A stretch of DNA of 64,000 nucleotides from Eledone cirrhosa (taxonomy: Eukaryota), in contig OZ024741.1 of assembly GCA_964016885.1 (NCBI GenBank), forward strand, positions 337,156,001-337,220,000, in the 5' to 3' direction. The notes beneath the pieces were generated by a model. That model did not search any database. It was not told the origin of the DNA and worked only from the letters and a program-made list of their open reading frames with translations. Positions within the stretch are counted from its first letter, which is position 1. Each line of letters starts with the position of its first letter. The position numbers were made by a program, and so were the translations under genes. Shown piece by piece: positions 38,941 through 51,521 of this stretch.

Positions 38941-41900
38941 GTTGTTGTTGGTAGTAATGGTGGTGATGGTGTTGTTGTTGGTAGTGATGGTGGTGATGGT
39001 GGTGTTGTTGGTGGTGATGGTGGTGTTGTTGGTGGTGATGGTGTTGTTGTTGTTGGTAGTGGTGGTGGTGATGGTGTTGTTGGTGGTAGTGATGGTGGTG
39101 ATGGTGTTGTTGTTGTTGGTAGTGGTGGTGGTGATGGTGTTGTTGGTGGTAGTGATGGTGGTGATGGTGTTGTTGTTTGTAGTGATGGTGGTGGTGGTGT
39201 TGTTGTTGGTAGTGATGGTGGTGATGGTGTTGTAGGTGGTAGTGATGGTGGTGATGGTGTTGTTGTTTGTAGTGATGGTGGTGATGGTGTTGTTGTTGTT
39301 GGTAGTGATGGTGGTGATGGTGTTGTTGTTGTTGGTAGTGATGGTGGTGATGGTGTTGTTGTTGGTAGTGATGGTGGTGATGGTGATGTTGTTAGTAGTG
39401 ATGGTGGTGATGGTGGTGATGGTGATGATGGTGTTGTTGTTGGTAGTGATGGTGGTGATGATGTTGTTGTTGGTAGTGGTGGTGGTGGTGGTGGTGTTGT
39501 TGGTAGTGATGGTGGTGATGGTGTTGTTGTTGGTAGTGATGGTGGTGACGGTGTTGTTGTTGGTAGTGATGGTGGTGATGGTGTTGTTGTGGTAGTGATG
39601 GTGGTGATGGTGGTGATGGTGGTGATGGTGATGATGGTGTTGTTGTTGGTAGTGATGGTGGTGATGATGTTGTTGTTGGTAGTGATGGTGGTGGTGGTGG
39701 TGTTGTTGGTAGTGATGGTGGTGATGGTGTTGTTGTTGGTGGTGATGGTGGTGATGGTGTTGTTGTTGGTAGTGATGGTGGTGATGATGTTGTTGTTGGT
39801 AGTGATGGTGGTGATGGTGTTGTTGTTGGTAGTGATGCTGGTGGTGGTGTTGTTGGTGGTGGTGATGTTGTTGTTGGTAGTGATGGTGGTGATGGTGTTG
39901 TTGTTTGTAGTGATGGTGGTGGTGGTGTTGTTGTTGTTGGTAGTGATGGTGGTGATGGTGTTGTTGTTGGTAGTGATGGTGGTGATGATGTTGTTGTTGT
40001 TGGTAGTGATGGTGGTGATGGTGTTGTTGGTAGTGATGGTGGTGATGGTGTTGTTGTTGGTAGTGATGGTGGTGATGGTGTTGTTGTTGTTGTTGGTGAT
40101 GATGGTGGTGATGATGTTGTTGTTGTTGGTAGTGATGGTGGTGATGGTGTTGTTGTTGGTAGTGATGGTGGTGATGGTGTTGTTGTTGGCAGTGATGGTG
40201 GTGATGGTGTTGTTGTTGGTAGTGATGGTGGTGATGGTGGTGTTGTTGGTGGTGATGGTGGTGATGATGTTGTTGTTGTTGGTAGTGATGGTGGTGATGG
40301 TGTTGTTGTTGTTGGTAGTGGTGGTGGTGATGGTTTTGTTGTTGGTAGTGATGGTGGTGATGGTGGTAGTGATGGTGGTGATGGTGGTGTTGTTGCTGAT
40401 GGTGTTGTTGGTGGTAGTGATGGTGGTGATGGTGTTGTTGTTGGTAGTGATGGTGGTGATGATGTTGTTGTTGTTGGTAGTGATGATGGTGATGGTGTTG
40501 TTGTTGGTGGTGATGGTGGTGATGGTGTTGTTGGTGGTGATGGTGGTGATGGTGTTGTTGTTGGTAATGATGGTGGTGATGGCGTTGTTGTTGGTAGTGG
40601 TGGTGGTGGTGGTGGTGTTGTTGGTAGTGATGGTGGTGATGGTGTTGTTGTTGGTAGTGATGGTGGTGACGGTGTTGTTGTTGGTAGTGATGGTGGTGAT
40701 GGTGTTGTTGTGGTAGTGATGGTGGTGATGGTGGTGATGGTGGTGATGGTGATGATGGTGTTGTTGTTGGTAGTGATGGTGGTGATGATGTTGTTGTTGG
40801 TAGTGATGGTGGTGGTGGTGGTGTTGTTGGTAGTGATGGTGGTGATGGTGTTGTTCTTGGTGGTGATGGTGGTGATGGTGTTGTTGTTGGTAGTGATGGT
40901 GGTGATGGTGTTGTTGTTGGTAGTGATGGTGGTGATGGTGTTGTTGTTGGTAGTGATGCTGGTGGTGGTGTTGTTGGTGGTGGTGATGTTGTTGTTGGTA
41001 GTGATGGTGGTGATGGTGTTGTTGTTTGTAGTGATGGTGGTGGTGGTGTTGTTGTTGGTAGTGATGGTGGTGATGGTGTTGTTGTTGGTAGTGATGGTGG
41101 TGATGATGTTGTTGTTGTTGGTAGTGATGGTGGTGATGGTGTTGTTGGTAGTGATGGTGGTGATGGTGTTGTTGTTGGTAGTGATGGTAGTGATGGTGGT
41201 GACGGTGTTGTTGGTGGTAGTGATGGTGGTGATGGTGTTGTTGTTGGTAGTGATGGTGGTGATGGTGTTGTTGTTGTTGTTGGTGATGATGGTGGTGATG
41301 ATGTTGTTGTTGTTGGTAGTGATGGTGGTGATGGTGTTGTTGTTGGTAGTGATGGTGGTGATGGTGTTGTTGTTGGTAGTGATGGTGGTGATGGTGTTGT
41401 TGTTGGTAGTGATGGTGGTGATGGTGTTGTTGTTGGTAGTGATGGTGGTGATGGTGGTGTTGTTGTTGTTGTTGTTGGTAGTGATGGTGGTGATGGTGTT
41501 GTTGTTGTTGGTAGTGGTGGTGGTGATGGTGTTGTTGTTGGTAGTGATGGTGGTGGTGGTGGTGTTGTTGGTAGTGATGGTGGTGATGGTGGTAGTGATG
41601 GTGGTGATGGTGGTGTTGTTGGTGATGGTGTTGTTGGTGGTAGTGATGGTGGTGATGGTGTTGTTGTTGGTAGTGATGGTGGTGATGATGTTGTTGTTGT
41701 TGGTAGTGATGATGGTGATGGTGTTGTTGTTGGTGGTGATGGTGGTGATGGTGTTGTTGGTGGTGATGGTGGTGATGGTGTTGTTGGTAATGATGGTGGT
41801 TATGGCGTTGTTGTTGGTGATGGTGTTGTTGTTGGTGGTGATGGTGGTGATGGTGGTGTTGTTGTTGGTGGTGGTGGTGATGGTGTTGTTGTTGGTGGTG

Positions 41901-44030
41901 ATGGTGGTGATGGTGTTGTTGTTGTTGGTGGTGGTGGTGGTGTTGTTGTTGGTGGTGATGGTGGTGATGGTGTTGTCGTTGGTAGTGATGGTGGTGATGA
42001 TGTTGTTGTTGGTGGTGATAGTGGTGATGGTGTTGTTGTTGTTGTTAGTGATGGTGGTGATGGTGTTGTTGGTAGTGATGGTGGTGATGGTGTTGTTGTT
42101 GGTAGTGATGGTGGTGATGGTGTTGTTGTTGGTAGTGATGGTGGTGATGGTGTTGTTGTTGTTGGTAGTGATGGTGGTGATGGTGTTGTTGTTGGTGGTG
42201 ATGGTGGTGATGGTGTGTGTTGTTGGTGGTGATGGTGGTGATGGTGTTGTTGTTGGTAGTGATGGTGTTGATTGTGTTGTTGTTGGTGGTGATGGTGTTG
42301 TTGTTGGTGGTGATGGTGGTGATGGTGTTGTTGTTGGTAGTGATGGTGGTGATGGTGATGTTGTTGGTAGTGATGGTGGTGATGGTGTGTGTTGTTGGTG
42401 ATGATGGTGGTGGTGGTGTTGTTGTTGGTGGTGATGGTGTTGTTGGTAGTGATGGTGGTGATGGTGTTGTTGTTGGTAGTGATGGTGGTGGTGTTGTTGT
42501 TGGTGGTGATGGTGGTGATGGTGATGTTGTTGGTAGTGATGGTGGTGATGGTGTGTGTTGTTGGTGATGATGGTGGTGGTGTTGTTGTTGGTGGTGATGG
42601 TGGTGATGGTGTTGTTGTTGGTGGTGATGGTGGTGATGGTGTTGTTGTTGGTAGTGATGGTGGTGGTGGTGTTGTTGTTGGTAGTGATGGTGGTGATGGT
42701 GTTGTTGTTGGTGGTGATGGTGGTGATGGTGTTGTTGTTGGTGGTGGTGGTGGTGTTGTTGTTGGTGGTGATGGTGGTGATGGTGTTGTTGTTGTTAGTG
42801 ATGGTGGTGATGGTGTTGTTGGTAGTGATGGTGGTGATGTTGTTGTTGGTAGTGATGGTGGTGATGGTGTTGTTGTTGGTAGTGATGGTGGTGATGATGT
42901 TGTTGTTGGTAGTGATGGTGGTGATGTTGTTGTTGGTACTGGTGATGGTGTTGTTGTTGGTAGTGATGGTGGTGATGGTGTTGTTGGTAGTGATGGTGGT
43001 GATGGTGTTGTTGTTGGTAGTGATGGTGGTGATGGTGTTGTTGGTAGTGATGGTGGTCATGGTGTTGTTGGTAGTGATGGTGTTGTTGTTGGTAGTGATG
43101 GTGGTGATGGTGGTGATGGTGTTGTTGGTAGTGATGGAGGTGATGTTGGTAGTGATGGTGGTGATGTTGTTGTTGGTAGTGATGGTGGTGATGGTGGTGA
43201 TGGTGTTGTTGGTAGTGATGGTGGTGATGGTGTTGTTGTTGGTAGTGATGGTGGTGATGGTGGTGATGCTGCTGGTGGTGTTGTCGGTAGTGATGGGGGT
43301 GATGTTGGTAGTGATGGTGGTGATGGTGGTGATGGTGTGTGTTGTTGGTGGTGATGGTGGTGATGTTGGTAGTGATGGTGGTGATGGTGGTAGTGATGGT
43401 GGTGATGGTGGTGATGCTGCTGGTGTTGTTGTTGTTGTTGGTAGTGATGATGGTGATGGTGGTGTTGGTAGTGATGATGGTGATGGTGGTGTTGGTAGTG
43501 ATGGTGGTGATGGTGGTGATGTTGCTGGTGTTGTTGTTGTTCTTGGTAGTGTTGGTGGTGATGGTGGTGATGTTGATGGTGTTGCTGCTGGTGTTGCTAC
43601 TGGTGTTGCTGCTGGTGTTGTTGTTGTTGGTAGTGATGGTGGTGTTGATGTTGTTGTTATCACCAATGTCACTACTGTTAATATAATAACAGTTATGTGA
43701 TTGTTGTTCTTAATGTTGTTGTTGTTGCTGGTTGATATTTTTGTTGTTTGTGGTGATTCTGTTGTTGTTCTTGTTGTTGGTGTTGTTGTGATTGTTGGTG
43801 ATATTGTTGATGGTGGTGATTGATTTGTTGTTGATTGTGGTGTTGATGGTGTTTTTGGTGGCGGTGATTATCTTGTTCTTGGTGGTGGTGGTGGTGTTGG
43901 TGGTTGTGTTGTGATTGTTGTTATTGGCCATGATGATTGTGTTGATACTGTTGTTGTTGATGGTGATGCTGTTGTTCTTGTTATTGTTGGTGGGTGGTGG
44001 TTGTTGTTATTGTTGTAGTTGTTGACAATA
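28450..44030. repeat. ~15.6-kb G/T-rich satellite built from GGT/GTT/GAT/AGT triplets; modal 30-bp unit GGTAGTGATGGTGGTGATGGTGTTGTTGTT; higher-order repeats
   Basis: Directly visible; C nearly absent on +; rare variants recur at kilobase spacing. Confidence 0.97.
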
Positions 44031-44699
44031 CTGCTACCTCTAGATATTGCTACTGTTAGTGGGTGGTCCCATTTAGACATGGCTGAGTAGGTTTAGTGTT
44101 ATGGAAGTATTTGTTAAATCACTTCACTGATTCAAATAATCCAGGTGATTTTTATATTTTCACAGCATTCTTTTGGAAGTAATAGAATATATATTAATTT
44201 TTCTTTTGTTTTTGTTTGTTTTTTTCACTTTTTTATCATTCCTAAAATTTGAAATCAGGATTGAGCCAACAAAGGAGCCTCTATGAGGTCACTTGACCTG
44301 CTAGGAAGAGTAGCAAGATCATCCTTAAATCATATTCTGCTGTTGTGGATATAGAATTCGATCAACAACATCTCAGATATCATTTGCTCACCGAGTGGGG
44401 TGGAACTCATCAAATCAGACCATGAAAACAATGTTTCCATTGGACTTTCCATTGCTGATACTACCAGTCACATCTCCTTGCATAAAGGATGCTAAATTCA
44501 AGGAAACAGTCATTATAGTCTATAGTGAACAAAAAGATAGGATGATCATGACTGGAATGCTTTCGAACATAGGTCCGCACAATTAAGGCTGCTATGAGGC
44601 AAAAAACAATAGCAACTATTAAAGTTGATATCAGAGATCTAGCTGGTGTTATAAAACTGAATCCTGAGCCAATCTCTTGATATTATTATTGTTGGTTTT

Positions 44700-44915
44700 G
44701 GGTGGTGGATAGGTAATATCGGTAGAGCTTCGGACACCATGCTTTGTAGCATATAGTTATAGCCCTTTACATTCTGTGTTCAAATCCCGCCAAGCTTAGC
44801 TTTGTCTTACATCCTCATGGGGTCAATAAAATAAAGTACCAGCAATGCACTGGGGTCAATTTAATCGACTTTCCCCTCCCCTTCAAATTGCTAGCCTTGT
44901 GCCTAAAGTATAAAA
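44700..44915 (+). mobile_element. tRNA-derived SINE; further copies at about 875-1045, 4245-4405, 47623-47800, 63758-63935 (+) and 50510-50640, 50780-50965, 57580-57960, 60370-60505 (-)
   Basis: ggtagag...gttcaaatcccgcc (B box), tttgcctttcatcct...ggggtcgataaaataaagtaccag core, ccttgtgcc tail running into (ATT)n. Confidence 0.8.
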
Positions 44916-44989
44916 ATTGTTATTGTTGGTTTTGGTGGTTTTATTTTTACTAAAATACTTCTATACTTTTGTCCTCAATTGCTGGTGGA

Positions 44990-45215
44990 ATCATAGGAGT
45001 GTTGTTGTGACATGCAGGGTAACAGTCTCCATTTGTCATGGTAGCATGCCAGATCTTGGGTCACCACAATGTATTTGCCTGTCCAGTCTGTAATGTTGTC
45101 TGTCCTCTCTCACTTTATTTCCTCCCTCTACAGTTCCTCATATAAAGATGTTTGCAAGGCCACCGGGTCTTGTTATATGGCCATACCATCTCAACTTTCT
45201 TTCTTCATTGTTGTG
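44990..45215 (-). pseudogene. Decayed 3' fragment of another RTE LINE
   Basis: Reverse complement translates to KRKLRWYGHITRPGGLANIFI*GTVEG...ITDWTG. Confidence 0.65.
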
Positions 45216-45452
45216 AAGCCTACATGTCTGTAAAACTCATTACAAACTCAGTACAAATGCCAATGACATCATCATCACAAATATTATGTTACAATGACAA
45301 AAACTAGGGGTAGTACAGCAGACTAGATATCAGGGTATAATCAATAAAGATAATTTTATTAAAATATTTCCCACTGTTTATTTACTTTTGATGCTCTTCT
45401 ACAAATTACATTTGTGCCTTTATCAATACTCAGTCTAGAAATGCATGTGCTC

Positions 45453-45854
45453 TGTTTTTAATTTTAAATTAGGTCTTTAGTGAATTGGTCACAGGGTTCT
45501 TTACTTTGGTAAATGCCACTGGAGGCCAACCACTAATTAAATTCGATACAGATATAATAAGGTTAACAAACTCGCTCGTGAGTGAACTGTCCGAGAGCCG
45601 GTCGCCAAATAAGCTAAGATGTCTCTTTTCTCCCTCCTTTATAATCCCTAGACCGGAAGTTCAAGGAATCTTTTAGAATTCAACGGGAAGTAACTCCAAT
45701 TAGTTTTTTCTCCCTGGGCAAGGTGGCGCTAGTCACTAGAGGTCTTTAGAAGAAAATTTTATTGTAAATCAGTATAATGTGTAATGAAGCATTGCGAGAT
45801 ATGTAATTAAGAATATATTGAGAAATCTGGTAAAATATGAATAGCTGTTTCACA
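45453..45854 (-). mobile_element. Possible solo LTR (~400 bp)
   Basis: TGT...ACA ends, complex CpG-containing sequence, TATAAA then purine tract on -; no clean TSD (tgctc vs ggctg). Confidence 0.3.
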
Positions 45855-45859
45855 GGCTG

Positions 45860-46580
45860 CTCTGCTGTGGATACTGTGTATGCTTACCTGAGTACTGACA
45901 AGGAGGTATTTAGTGACAACATATCAAGAGACAAAGCCTTGAAGGTCTGCCAAGTGATAGTGGACAAGGCGATATTTGAAGCTTTTCTGTATTTGTACGA
46001 AATAGCTACATAAACTCATCAAAAAGCCAATATTTGAGGATAGCATCAGCAAACTATATCGTTTTATCCAGAACACTAGTTAACCTACAGATGCTTGACA
46101 AGAAAATAATTTTCTAGAAGGCATTAAACTGGAGGAAAATCATAAATTCTTATACCTGAAAGGATCTCATTGAATTCAAATCTTATATTCCATTCTAAAA
46201 ATACAGATGAACCATGATGGAACTAGAGTAAATTATGAATGACAAAACAAAGTATGGTTAATTGCAAAAAATGTATTGGTTCATACATTGGAAGCACTGT
46301 CTGGAGGTTATACATATGGATCAAGGAGCATAAACACAAATGTGTCTTCTGTCAAAATAATACTGTGGTCACCATAGATGAGAGGAATATTGATAATTTG
46401 CAGATTTATTAACAGATATAAACCTACTATTAACAAAAGATCAGAACTACATGGAGCTGACTATTTATTCTGACAAGTTGGCACATGTCAACTTTCCACC
46501 AGCAAGTAATCACACAACAAAGAATAACTCATAAGCAGTGCTGGATGTAGTAAGCTATAGCTTAGGACCACACACTCTTA
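45860..46580 (+). pseudogene. Old, decayed Penelope-like remnant
   Basis: KHKCVFCQNN (GIY-YIG-like CxxC, ~46330) and FINRYKPTINKRSEL (~46405-46450), typical of Penelope endonuclease ends. Confidence 0.45.
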
Positions 46581-48217
46581 GGAGTCTAATTTATTAAAAT
46601 ATATTTATTTTATCATTAGTTTTTATTCTTTAACATTAAGTCATCAATATATATATAAGCAGAGGGTGCGTGGCTCTGATGATCACCAACCAACATCAAA
46701 CAGACTGTTAGCTTCTCTCCCTTCTTTCACCGAAAAAAAGTAAGTGACATAGTCACTACCTTAAAACCAATAGTGTATGGTCTTCTAAATGTTTTTAATT
46801 AAACATACGGTATATTGCCAAATATACTATACATACATTCATATATATATATGTATACATAATAAGTTGATGGAACTAGCGTGGGTATCACTGCTAGGAC
46901 CGGTATATATTTATATATTAACACCGTTAAGTTGGTGAACTATATCATAAGGTATGGGTTGGCATCAGGAAGGGCTTCTAGCCATAGAAATTTGCCATGG
47001 ATGTTAATAATGCACACACACACATACACATACACACACACACACATATATATATATATATTATATATATATATAAATATATATACATACATATGTTTTT
47101 TAGTGTTTTATTCTTTATTTTTAACACTAGCAGAAAAACCACAGTTGAGGTGGTTTTCTGCTAGCATGTGCAGTGTGCATATTGATATTATACACAAATA
47201 TACATGCATGTAGATATGATATGTCAAATAAAATCGTAATTCACAATATGCACAGAAATTGAACAAAGTCTGTGTTACACTCTCTTCTGTAATCAGTAAA
47301 GTAATCCACGATACATTAAAAAAAGATGATATTATATATAAACTTCATTATAGTGAAATGTAATGAAAACGAAAAAGGAGAAAATTAGTGAAATAAACAT
47401 ATAAACCTTATATAATGATACAAATATATGAACGTTTACATAAGCGATGTAATAAGTGTTCTGATATAACGGACGCTAACCGGAAGTGTAGACATTTGAA
47501 ATTTTTTAAAGAAATGAATCTTAAAATAAGCATTCATTATATATAAGAATATTTATGTTTAATCAACAGCTACAAAATTTAGTAGAAATATTATGTAATA
47601 TTCATTCATTATTTATTCAAAGTTGGCAGTATCGGTAGAGGGTCGGACGCCATGCTTTCCAGCATAGCTACATCCCTTTGTGGTCTGAGTTCAAATCCCG
47701 CCGAGGTTAACTTTGCCTTTCATCCTTACGGGGTCGATAAAATAAAGTACCAGTAATGTACTGAGTATTTGATGGCCTTGTGCCAAAAGTAGAAACAATT
47801 ATTTATTCAAAGTAATCTAACTTATTTTACTAATGAGATAAAAAAAAATATATTCAGGAAACAGTCCTGCACTCCTCCCTTTATTATATTATGATTTATA
47901 TAAAAAAATAATGATTATATTTTTTTAGAAAAGGGTCTCAAATTTCATATAGATTAGTGCTTCAGTAGGTGGAAATCTGGCCCTGAAACATAAGACACTG
48001 ATTATTCTTCATTTGATAAAGAAGTTTTAAGCTTGAAATATTATGAAATATAGGGTAAAATCTATTTTTTCGTTTATGTTATTCTTAAGCTACTCTACTC
48101 TACTCTAGTTCTGCCATTATTATATTTCCTGTTCACGTTGTATTGGCTTTCCCAATACATTCTTAGTTATATTTTAAATAACTTAATTCTTTTGTGAATT
48201 GTTATTTCATATATTCA

Positions 48218-49209
48218 AGGGCTCTATAGAAATAGTGGACAGCTTCCGTTACCTGGGTGACAAAATCAGCAGTGGGGGAGGGTGCTCTGAAAGTACAGTA
48301 GCTAGAGTCAGAACTGGATGGAAAAAGTTCAGAGAGCTTATACCACTATTAGCCGCTAAAGGGTTCTCCCTAAAAATGAAAGGCAGGTTGTATGATGCCT
48401 GCATACGAACAGCAATGTTGCATGGCAGTGAGACCTGGGCATTGTGTGCAGAGGATATACGCAGACTAGAGAGGAACGAAGCTTGCATGCTCCGCTGGAT
48501 GTGTAATAGTAATATACGAGAACGGCAAAGCATAAACGAACTAAGGAAAAAATTAGAAATAAGAGGGATCAGATGTTGTTTACTCGAGAGACGGCTACGT
48601 TGGTATGGACACGTGATGCGCATGAAAGTCGATAGCTGTATAACAAAGTGCAGGGCAATAAAGATAGACGGTAGCCACGAAATAGGCAGACCTAGAAAAA
48701 CCTGGGACGAGCTGATAAACTCCGACCTCACACACTTACACCTCTCCAAGACAATGTCACTGGACCGAGACCTTTGGCGGTACTCAGTAATAGAGAAGAC
48801 CCGCCTTACCTAAATACATAGTAAAACCTACTACAGTCAGTAGGCATCTCTAACAAAATACACCCCCGTCCCACAACCCCCACCCCATCCACACCACCCC
48901 CTTCTATGTAAAGTTATGTTGGTGCCACACCATCCAGCCCGAAACAAATGAGATCGTGTAGGTGTCACGACAAAAAAAAACACACAGTCCACGCTGTAAT
49001 GTGGCCGTGTAGGCAACACGGTAAAAACCTCTCAGACCCACACTGTAAATGTGGTTGGTGTTAGGAAGGGCATCCAACTGTAGAAAACCCGCCAGACAGT
49101 CCTATGCGAGCAAAACAATCACTCTTGCCTCAAGTGGGAAAACCCCCATCCAAACCCATGCAAGCGTGGAACACGGACGTTAAACGTTAATGATGATGAT
49201 GATGATGAT
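48218..49209 (+). mobile_element. RTE LINE 3' fragment (~1 kb)
   Basis: ORF piece nearly identical to the end of the 14712 ORF; single-unit UTR; (GAT)n tail; possible TSD attcaa (48213-48218 and 49208-49213). Confidence 0.95.
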
Positions 49210-49690
49210 TCAAATACTCTGTGTATTTCTATGGATTTAGAATACAATTAGGAGTTTGAAAGGATTTAATCAAATAAATAACATTGTCATTATGAATCTG
49301 GTATTTGTAACATAACAAAAAGTTATGCAAAATTATAATGGAAGAATTTAAAACAGGTTTTTTTTTTGTATGTCATTGAAGTAGAAATTGTCTTAGGTAA
49401 GTTGGTATATAAAACGCATTAAAGCTGTAGTTTATAAAAATTGTTGATTTAGAAATTATCTAAGTTAATCCTTTCCTTACCATATATTGGTAAAATACAC
49501 TGTATTTGAATTAATCAATGAAGAATTTTGGAAGGGATTTACTAAAATTATTATAATTATTAAGACGGTATTTGTAATATAACAAAACTGTTTTTTATAT
49601 AAAATCATGTTGGAGGTAGCAAGTTGGAAAATGTTTATGTCGGTTTTGATAGTGCTGGAAGATTTTAATTTATATAGGGACCTTTTAACT

Positions 49691-50002
49691 CAGAGGTTCT
49701 CAAATCTTTTGGGCTACCACCCACCTCACAGCCACATAATAACCTCAGTGCCCTCCAACCCTATTTCCAGAGAGACCTGCCTACATGCAAATTGTAAATA
49801 ACAATTAATAAATAAACTCATTAATTTATATATAATAAATAATATAAATAATATATTTTTTATTTTACTATATTTATAAATAATGTGTATCATTTGATAT
49901 TTAATATACTATTATATCATCTCTACTGCCACTTTAGACCGTGCCCCCTGGACCTTCTCAATGCCCCCTGGGAGGTGCTAGCGTCCACTTTAATAACCTC
50001 TG
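49691..50002. mobile_element. hAT (Charlie-like) MITE nested in a piggyBac-like MITE (49469-50053)
   Basis: TIRs cagaggttctcaaa and tttaataacctctg; perfect 8-bp TSD ttttaact at 49683-49690 and 50003-50010. Confidence 0.85.
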
Positions 50003-50744
50003 TTTTAACTGGATGGTTTTGTTCTCCAGGGGCAGTTTTAGGTATTGAATGGGTTAAATATTTAACACTAACAAAATAAATGAATTATAAACAAGTAAAA
50101 AAATAAACAAAAGATTTGATTATATATAGATTCCAAATTTGTATGTTTCTATTGATATTGATTTTATTTGATTTAATTTTGTATTTGTTTAGATTGAAAA
50201 GGAATGAGAATAATGTCCTCCTTAAACTGATTCATAGTTTCCTTGTTATTATTTGTAGGAACAGCAAATAAAGTGAGATTTGTTGTTGAATTCTTGTCTC
50301 AGTTTATAGGTCTTTAGTTTATTGAACATAAACACAAAGGACTGACTTGAAAAAGAAAAAATTGCTAATGCATTTCTCTTTTATGATACCTAAACTGCTA
50401 GATTTGTTATTTTCATATTTTAGAAATAGAAATATCCCTTAAATCTTAATCAAATTTCATTCAAATATGCAAAAAAAAAAGAAAATTATATAAAAACTAA
50501 TAATAATGTTTTCTGATTTGGGGACAAGGCCAAAGATTTGGAGGGAGGGGAAGTCGATTAAATCGACCCCAGTGCATAACTGGTACTTTATTTTATCAAC
50601 CCTGTAAAAATGAAAGGCAAAGCTAACCTCGGCATGATTTGTGTAATACCAAATTTTGCCTCAGGTGTCAGGTTGACACACAGTATGATTTGGGAAAGAA
50701 GCAGAATTCAAAAGATGTTTCAAATAATTTAAAAAAAACAAAAA

Positions 50745-50777
<33 letters not shown>

Positions 50778-50982
50778 TGTTTCTACTTTTGGCACAAGGC
50801 CAGCAAATACCCAGTGCATTACTGGTACTTTATTTTATTGACCCCGTAAGGATGAAAGGCAAAGTTAACCTTGGCGGGATTTGAACTCAGAATAGCAAAA
50901 GCCGTAACTCTATGTGTGAAAGCATGGCCTCCGACCCGCTACCGATACTGCCAATCCACCGCCCTTAATAATAATAATAATA

Positions 50983-51233
50983 AGGTCTAATGATTACTTA
51001 TCCCAAATCCCAGGAAACCCATGTATAGAAGAAATACAAAAGATAGTACTACTGGGAACTGCCCATATACTAAGGAAGATGCTGTCAATATAAATACATC
51101 ACAGGTCTAAACAACTAAAGATACATGTATGTGTGTATGTGTTCTTTCTTGAACATGGTGGACCTTGTTGTCTCTTGAGGTCACTGGTTGTGACTTGGTG
51201 ATAACTCGTATGAACATAAAGCAAGATAAATGA

Positions 51234-51235
<2 letters not shown>
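50983..51235 (+). mobile_element. R4/Dong-like element 3' end between two (TAA)n tracts
   Basis: YLSQIPGNPCIEEIQKIVLLGTAHILRKMLSI* followed by a short UTR. Confidence 0.75.
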
Positions 51236-51279
<44 letters not shown>

Positions 51280-51521
51280 TTTTCTTTATTAACCACAAGG
51301 GTTCACATAAAGTAGACATTAAGGACAGTACAGGACAATACAGGACGGTACAAATGGGCATTTCTGCGTGTAAAAAAACAGAGGTTGAAATAAAATAACA
51401 AAGAAAAATTCCCCAATAGGGGGGAGACTTCCAAGGGACATTTGTGGAGAAAGCCCATTAAAAGACCACAGTGGCCCTGACCACCAGGGCAAGTGCCCTC
51501 TCCCAGTTTTCCACCTTTAAT

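Noticed and set aside
28385-43700. Very long ORFs (GSDGGDGVVV, poly-V/M/L, and mucin/extensin-like PSPPSLPTTT on -)
   Set aside because: They are by-products of a triplet satellite that lacks stop codons. Frames switch at 1-2-nt indels copied among higher-order repeats, third positions do not vary as in coding DNA, and no signal peptide or flanking domain is seen.
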